Part shown: positions 34,045 to 39,565 of the stretch, in pieces
How the letters are laid out: each line of letters begins with the position of its first letter
How positions within the stretch are numbered: the stretch's first letter is position 1
Made by a program: the position numbers and the translations under genes
Notes under the pieces: generated by a model
The model's input: only the letters and a program-made list of their open reading frames with translations
Told to the model about the DNA's origin: nothing
The model's database searches: none
Sequence record: DRR723986_10154
DNA: 39,565 nucleotides
Reading direction: 5' to 3' (one strand)

Positions 34045-35532
34045 ATGAACAAAAAAATACAGTACTGCCCAAACTTCAAGATGCTAATTGTAGGCGCATT
34101 GACAGCAACCCCAATTCTATCTTTTTTGTCGAGCAAAGCATATGCGGGAGGAACCGCATTTGATGCAACCTCAATCAGTTCTATGGGAAGTGCCAATGCG
34201 GGGATGGCTGCCGAAGCAGGTGACGCATCTGTTCTATTTGCGAACCCTGCTGCATTGACCAGACTCAAAAGAGCGGAAGTTGTACTTGGCGCTGCATTTG
34301 TTGGTATCAACACCTCTTACACCTCCGGTCAAACACCGGATGGATCTCCAACGAACAGCGGCACTACAGGCAGCGCTGGGCAGGAATTCAATCGAAAAAG
34401 TGGATACGATTCAACTGCCCTTGCGCCCAACCTGTTCGTAGCAATTCCAATTACTAAAAAACTCGTTGTTGGTTTCGGAGGGGCCGCCTCCCATGCACTG
34501 ATTGTTCGCTACGATGAAAATTTTCCGGGACGCAACCAAGGCCGCGATATTGACTTTAAGGTCAGCCGGGCAAACCTTGGGTTTGGCTACAAACTTACTC
34601 CGACTTTGTCGATTGGCGCCAATGGATCTTATGAGCGATACTTTCAATCCCTTAAGCTGAAACTGAACTATCGGGATGCCGTTGATGGGCTGTTGAACAA
34701 TGGGTCAACACTTCTTGATGGGTTGAATGCCGCTGGGCTGGCACCGCCTATTCCTGAAGAAGCTGATTTAAGTTTGCGAATGTTCGGTTGGGCATTCAAT
34801 GCACAAGCCGGCGCGCTTTGGGAACCCACGATCAATACACGAATTGGTATTTCCTATCGACCGAAAACGGAATTCACCGGTATGCGTGGCAAACTGAAAA
34901 TACAGGAAACAGCGGAGGGTGCTGAGTTCAGGGAGTTCCTTAATGGAGGACTGATCGGGGTATCAGGTCCTTTACTCGGTGTGAACGGACCGCAGGCTGC
35001 TGGCGACTTGCTTCCGGAGCAACGAATCAAGCAAGACATCACGTTGCCGGATGAGCTTCGCTTGAGTATTTTTCATCATGCTAGCCCCAAACTTGATCTA
35101 ATGGCCAGCTACACGCGTCAGGACTTTTCGGTGACAAATCTTAAATTTGTTCGGGAATCGAATGGGCGGGTACTTCAAGAGATTCAACAAAATTATGTAG
35201 CAGCCAACAGCTATCGCGTTGGTCTTAATTATAAAGCATTCAAACGCCTCGTTTTAAAAGCTGGCTACGCAGTAGAGAACAGCGTAATTGATGATGACAC
35301 ACGAATTACACTGTTACCCGACTCAGACAGACAATACTTTGGCTTAGGAGCACAACTTGAGTTGCGACGGGATACCACACTGAATTTCTCATATATGAAA
35401 TTTGACCTGGAGCCAGGCGCAACCGGTGCCAACGGGCAAGTCAGCCCTGCTGAAGTAAGGGGGGGCGATTTTCAGGGTACAACCAAACTTGACATCGACT
35501 TTTTTGGTGTAAGCATCACCGAGCGATTCTAA
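34045..35532 (+). CDS. OmpP1/FadL/TodX-family outer membrane transporter
   Basis: Hatch motif SMGSANAGMAAEAGDASVLFANPA, ITLPD, LPDSDR and terminal Phe. Confidence 0.88.
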   Translation: MNKKIQYCPNFKMLIVGALTATPILSFLSSKAYAGGTAFDATSISSMGSANAGMAAEAGDASVLFANPAALTRLKRAEVVLGAAFVGINTSYTSGQTPDGSPTNSGTTGSAGQEFNRKSGYDSTALAPNLFVAIPITKKLVVGFGGAASHALIVRYDENFPGRNQGRDIDFKVSRANLGFGYKLTPTLSIGANGSYERYFQSLKLKLNYRDAVDGLLNNGSTLLDGLNAAGLAPPIPEEADLSLRMFGWAFNAQAGALWEPTINTRIGISYRPKTEFTGMRGKLKIQETAEGAEFREFLNGGLIGVSGPLLGVNGPQAAGDLLPEQRIKQDITLPDELRLSIFHHASPKLDLMASYTRQDFSVTNLKFVRESNGRVLQEIQQNYVAANSYRVGLNYKAFKRLVLKAGYAVENSVIDDDTRITLLPDSDRQYFGLGAQLELRRDTTLNFSYMKFDLEPGATGANGQVSPAEVRGGDFQGTTKLDIDFFGVSITERF

Positions 35533-35547
35533 AGGGCAGGCATCGAC

Positions 35548-36579
35548 ATGATAGTGATACAAAAACTGACAAAAAAACTCTTGGTCTTTGGAACTGCAGC
35601 AATATTGACTGGTTGTTCCAGCATTCAGGGCGGCATCACAAACTTTGCTATTGACATCGTGGAAGACCGAATTGTGCCACCTATTCTTGAACTGAACGAT
35701 GTAGACATGGGTTGCCAGTTTGCCACCAGCGGCTTTCCTCTAATATCAGGTGCCACGCGAGCGTTCTATGGCGACCCAGCGTTATTGGAATCATTGTTGT
35801 ACACCACATCCGCAGTGTGTTCTGAGAAGCGCTCTGTTGATGAGGAACTTCGTTATCTGCGAGCCACACGCGCGAATCAAATTTCAGATGCACAAGATGC
35901 CCGAATTGCACAAAAGCGCCTTCTTGAGATCACCGCAAGACGACAGTTCTCGGCATTCAAGGTTATGCGCAGTCATTTGGAGGAGAAGTATGATTTTGAA
36001 TACGGCAAAACATGCCCAAATTTTGAGCGTGATTACGATGAACTTACCTTCATATTAGGGACAGTCGCAGGCCTGCAGGCAGTGATCAACGACATCGCAT
36101 CTCAGCAAATGGTCGGCGTTCCAACTGATATAGCACCATTGTCTGAACGGGCCTTGAAATGCGTTTCCAACACCAAATGGTGGGGGGTCCCTCTCGCAGC
36201 AAGATCTGTCGTTTGGAACATCCTGCCTGGCGGGGCAGAAGGCAAAGACGTCTGGGGCAGTTTCAATCGCTCAATGTTGATTGGCGAGCGAAGCGGTGTG
36301 CGATTGGCACACGTGATGTACGCAATATCGGCGCAGGCGGCTGGGGACGAAAAGCGTTTCAGGGATGCTACTAAACGTTGGGCAGCGGCGCAGAATTTTA
36401 AGCCGAGCAAGCAGTATCGCTTGGTCGAGGACATATCCACACTCACGATGATTAATCTTTCAGATCGCTACTGGTCAGCAAATATCGGTACACGTACACC
36501 GATAGCGTCAATTGGAACTTACTGGGACGAATCAAATTCTGCCGCCCAAGATATTGATTTGGGAGACCTGCTTGAGTAA
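35548..36579 (+). CDS. Conserved hypothetical helical lipoprotein
   Basis: Lipobox ILTGC; helical body with several Cys; motifs D.DMGC, KWWGVP and SDRYW...GTRTP. Confidence 0.75.
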   Translation: MIVIQKLTKKLLVFGTAAILTGCSSIQGGITNFAIDIVEDRIVPPILELNDVDMGCQFATSGFPLISGATRAFYGDPALLESLLYTTSAVCSEKRSVDEELRYLRATRANQISDAQDARIAQKRLLEITARRQFSAFKVMRSHLEEKYDFEYGKTCPNFERDYDELTFILGTVAGLQAVINDIASQQMVGVPTDIAPLSERALKCVSNTKWWGVPLAARSVVWNILPGGAEGKDVWGSFNRSMLIGERSGVRLAHVMYAISAQAAGDEKRFRDATKRWAAAQNFKPSKQYRLVEDISTLTMINLSDRYWSANIGTRTPIASIGTYWDESNSAAQDIDLGDLLE

Positions 36580-36660
36580 CAAAAATGAAGTCTCTGCAAC
36601 TTGTTGCTTAAAATGTTAGCTTTACAAATCAAAAAGAGTTCAGATAAGTTGACAGACTTC

Positions 36661-37686
36661 CTACAATTTGGACGGTGGAAAACCATACCAGCGGGTAAAC
36701 GCCCTCCTAAAATTTGCGATATCGCCATAACCCAATAGATAGGCTGTTTCCTTTACACCCAAATGCATCATCTTCAGGTACTCATGAGCAAGGCGGCAAC
36801 GTACCTTGTTTAACACATCTCGATACGAGGTTCCATTCTCCCGAAGCCTTCGGTGAAATGTACGAGGAGTCATATTCAGCGTCTGAGCGCATACATGTTG
36901 ATTTGGAAATTCTCCTTGTTTACTTTTCAATAACAACCGTTCAAGACGGGCTGCAATTGAATGGTTCGATTCAAGGCGCTCCAGGTCTCGCTGACAAATT
37001 GATAGCGCTTCGGACATAACCAGCGCATCGCGATGACTCAGCGGGTTTAATACTTCCGAATAATTGAGGGAGATGCCTGTCCACGATTGCCCGTAAAGCA
37101 CTTCGCAACCCAACAATTCCCGGGAAAGGGCTGCATGCGAAGGTTCAGACATCGAAAATAGAATACTTTGGCATGGACTATTGCTAGCCACTGTTGCATC
37201 TATTATGTTCTTGACTGTCCCCAACGCAATTTCAGCAACGACATTGCCAATTTCTCCAAGTCCTGGTATCGGTTCAAACACCACTCGAAATTCATCGTTG
37301 ACTGTTTCAGATCGAATAGCCAGTAATGACGTCCGCAACGGTACGTACCTTTCCACGATTTGCATTGACTCCTGTATGGTATTTGCTGACAACGCGGCCA
37401 ATCCAACATTTCCATGCGCGCTCGGTACGAGGTTACACCCCAATCTCAAGCCAAGCCCACTGTCGCCTGTCAACTCAATGGCCTGTTCCAGCAATGCACT
37501 ATAGGCTGCAACAGGTACTTCATAACCGGGTTTAGTCAAACAGGTTACATCAAGCCCAACACCCGCAAGCCAACCAAACACGTCAAGTCCTTTGGTGTTC
37601 AGTTGTTCGGCGATCTGTGGAATGTAATGAATTACCGTGTTTCCCAAATTAGTCGGGATAGGGTAGGGGTTATCCTTTGAGCGCAT
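36661..37686 (-). CDS. AraC-family regulator (OruR-like)
   Basis: LTGDSGLGLRLG, HGNVGLAAL, and HTH LNMTPRTFHRRL / LLGYGDIANFRRAFTRWYG. Confidence 0.92.
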   Translation of the reverse strand: MRSKDNPYPIPTNLGNTVIHYIPQIAEQLNTKGLDVFGWLAGVGLDVTCLTKPGYEVPVAAYSALLEQAIELTGDSGLGLRLGCNLVPSAHGNVGLAALSANTIQESMQIVERYVPLRTSLLAIRSETVNDEFRVVFEPIPGLGEIGNVVAEIALGTVKNIIDATVASNSPCQSILFSMSEPSHAALSRELLGCEVLYGQSWTGISLNYSEVLNPLSHRDALVMSEALSICQRDLERLESNHSIAARLERLLLKSKQGEFPNQHVCAQTLNMTPRTFHRRLRENGTSYRDVLNKVRCRLAHEYLKMMHLGVKETAYLLGYGDIANFRRAFTRWYGFPPSKL

Positions 37687-39448
37687 TGATGAAAATTCCC
37701 GGTAATTTCCAAACCGAAGGAAGGTAATAAAAATAGGTTAATAACCGTCCAAGGATGTGTTGTTTACCGTTTGTTATAAACCATGGTGGTCGAGGTAATA
37801 GGCTAAAATTCAAAGACAATAAATTCCTCGGAAAAGGACGCCAAGGCGCTTGAACAACTGTTTTTTCAGTACGCTCTAGCATCCAGGTGTTGTGCACCGT
37901 ACCTATGCCCGATCCTGGTTTTTTCAAACTGGCACCGGGAAAGGCACCCCAAGGGCAGGCGTTGAGAAGAAAGGCTAATCCAGTCCATGTATTAATCGCG
38001 ATGGTGCCATAACGAAGTTGGCCTAGAAGCGATTCAAATTTTTCACGTCCAATTTTTTTAATGGTTGCAGGGTGGATCACGATGTTCGCCCCTAAAGTAC
38101 CGTGTAATTTTTCATTCGCGAAATCAATGGCTGAGGCCAGGTAGTTTTTGGGGCATTCACCTGACAAAAATTTGATTGTGAAGGCAGGAGCAAACACTTC
38201 ATTGTTGGCCAGCCATTCAGATTCGCCCTGATCAAAGTCGGCCACCAAAAAGGTCAGCCTTCCAAATTGATCAAAAGACTCTATGCCACCATGCGCTCGA
38301 AAATCAGCGCAGCGCTGTTGACTGCCAGGATAATATTGCTCACGTCCACCGTGGGATGTCATGATGGACTTTAACTCACGAAGTAGTACCTCTGTTCCTT
38401 CCCACCCCTCTGGCACTATGAGCGTTTGCATGGCCACGCAGTTGTAACCGGAATTTTGCATTTTTTGTGTCGCAATCTGCTCAGCCTGAAAGCGAATGTC
38501 CGCTTTTGTCCATGAACCAGGCACCACAATGGTCGGGCAAACTGCACCTAGCTCGGAAGTAATGCGCCGGGTATTACGCGGTTTGTCGTTTTTCCTGTTG
38601 TTGTCTGCCTCCTTCCCCTCACCCCATACGATCAGGTCATGCGTGGCGGCAGCGCCCGTAATGTGAATGCTCTCCACTAAGGGATGTTCTACCAAATACG
38701 CCCCCAGTTGGTTTCCGCCGCGCACAATCCGAAGAGCATTGCGGTCAATTAATGGTTTGAACGCAGCGTGCAAATAATCAAAAAGATAATCATTGATCGG
38801 GTTGAGTTTAAGCAACACGACCTCGTTTTCAACAAAGAGTTTGTGGAGTGCGTCCAATGGACTGATCGCTGCCACATTGCCTGCTCCTAACACCAAGGCC
38901 AGTTTTCCAGATCTTTCACCGGCTGGTAGATCATAGGCTGAGGCAGCTTCAATCGAAACTTCATTTACGCCGCGCTGCATCCAAACCTCTGCCTTCACAC
39001 CTGATAAAAGAAGTTTGTCCCAAAGGGTATGCGGGAATACTTTCAAAGCAAGTTGACCTTTCGCGACTCGGCGATAGGGTAGTTGCGCTAGAAAGGCCTT
39101 GTTTTCCATTTTGGAGAGTGTTTCAATAAGGCCATTGCAAGTGGCCATTACTGGCAACGGACCTGCTAACCATTCTTCCCCTTTCAATGTAGAGCTTGCA
39201 GGTAAACGCTTGCGACGTGCTGCAATTTCAGCCCAGCCCTCAGATTGTTGAAGAAGCGCAGTCTTGATTTCTTGAAGAATGAAAATGCGAACGGTACAGT
39301 CGGTACGGGCCCATTCATGTTTGTTCCCATCGAGAACCAACAAAGCGTCGTCACAGCGTTGAGTCTCTTCGGAAGCAGTTTTCTCTCCAGGTATAAGGTT
39401 TTGAACGGACATCTGCTCTATCGATAAATTACCTAACGACTCAGACAT
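37670..39448 (-). CDS. Aldehyde dehydrogenase family protein
   Basis: VLGAGN, LKLNP, IHITG, catalytic Glu TSELGAVCP, catalytic Cys GYNCVA, and EVFAP. Confidence 0.9.
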   Translation of the reverse strand: MSESLGNLSIEQMSVQNLIPGEKTASEETQRCDDALLVLDGNKHEWARTDCTVRIFILQEIKTALLQQSEGWAEIAARRKRLPASSTLKGEEWLAGPLPVMATCNGLIETLSKMENKAFLAQLPYRRVAKGQLALKVFPHTLWDKLLLSGVKAEVWMQRGVNEVSIEAASAYDLPAGERSGKLALVLGAGNVAAISPLDALHKLFVENEVVLLKLNPINDYLFDYLHAAFKPLIDRNALRIVRGGNQLGAYLVEHPLVESIHITGAAATHDLIVWGEGKEADNNRKNDKPRNTRRITSELGAVCPTIVVPGSWTKADIRFQAEQIATQKMQNSGYNCVAMQTLIVPEGWEGTEVLLRELKSIMTSHGGREQYYPGSQQRCADFRAHGGIESFDQFGRLTFLVADFDQGESEWLANNEVFAPAFTIKFLSGECPKNYLASAIDFANEKLHGTLGANIVIHPATIKKIGREKFESLLGQLRYGTIAINTWTGLAFLLNACPWGAFPGASLKKPGSGIGTVHNTWMLERTEKTVVQAPWRPFPRNLLSLNFSLLPRPPWFITNGKQHILGRLLTYFYYLPSVWKLPGIFINALKG

Positions 39449-39565
39449 AACTCATCTCCTTCTCATTAATCTGAGGGCTTGTACTTGTTTTGGTGATTCG
39501 ATTCTTACCGAGGATCATGTCAGCCGCTTTTTCGGCAATCATGATTGAGGGTGCATTTGTATTGC
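39441..39565 (-). CDS. GMC oxidoreductase (choline/alcohol dehydrogenase-like), C-terminal end only
   Basis: Minus strand reads NTNAPSIMIAEKAADMILG..EMSYV*, the GMC C-terminal signature. Its stop overlaps the ALDH start. Not in the ORF track. Confidence 0.88.
   Translation of the reverse strand, partial: NTNAPSIMIAEKAADMILGKNRITKTSTSPQINEKEMSYV

Larger units (their letters stand above)
15907..39565. mobile_element. Composite genomic island downstream of tRNA-Arg(CCG); right boundary not in the window
   Basis: Starts at a tRNA 3' end and is visibly more AT-rich. Contains arm-site-like repeats, integrase and excisionase-like genes, an IS scar, and metal-resistance and catabolic cargo. No second copy of the tRNA 3' end was seen. 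Confidence 0.7.

Overview
Betaproteobacterial-looking (Burkholderiales-type gene set; taxon not verified) chromosomal window in two parts. Bases 1 to about 15900 are GC-richer backbone: two hybrid histidine kinases, a stand-alone Hpt, acyl-CoA thioesterase, DUF218 protein, an Aap/Bzt-type amino-acid ABC operon lacking its ATPase, a lipase-like hydrolase behind a FabR/DesT-like palindrome, a TauE/LysR pair and a DUF748 protein, ending at tRNA-Arg(CCG) (15831-15906). Downstream, the sequence becomes more AT-rich and reads as a composite genomic island that runs off the right edge. It contains (i) a cluster of TGTGCCCA repeats resembling integrase arm sites; (ii) a CadR-like regulator with a 19-bp-spacer MerR promoter driving a CDF, czcI-like, OMF, accessory, MFP, HME-RND, periplasmic and ynfA metal-efflux cluster; (iii) a divergent switch with SRAP and an XRE repressor on one side and a tightly coupled excisionase-like, tyrosine integrase, YhaM-like HD protein and protease-less Lon-type AAA+ operon on the other, followed by a phage-like ORF; (iv) a chimeric IS21-family scar; (v) an AraC-flanked cluster for uptake and oxidation of a hydrophobic substrate (DUF6091-like binding protein, FadL, lipoprotein, ALDH, partial GMC oxidoreductase). 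The best candidate for an undescribed system is the integrase-coupled HD plus Lon-AAA module. All family calls come from motif recognition by eye; no database searches were run.
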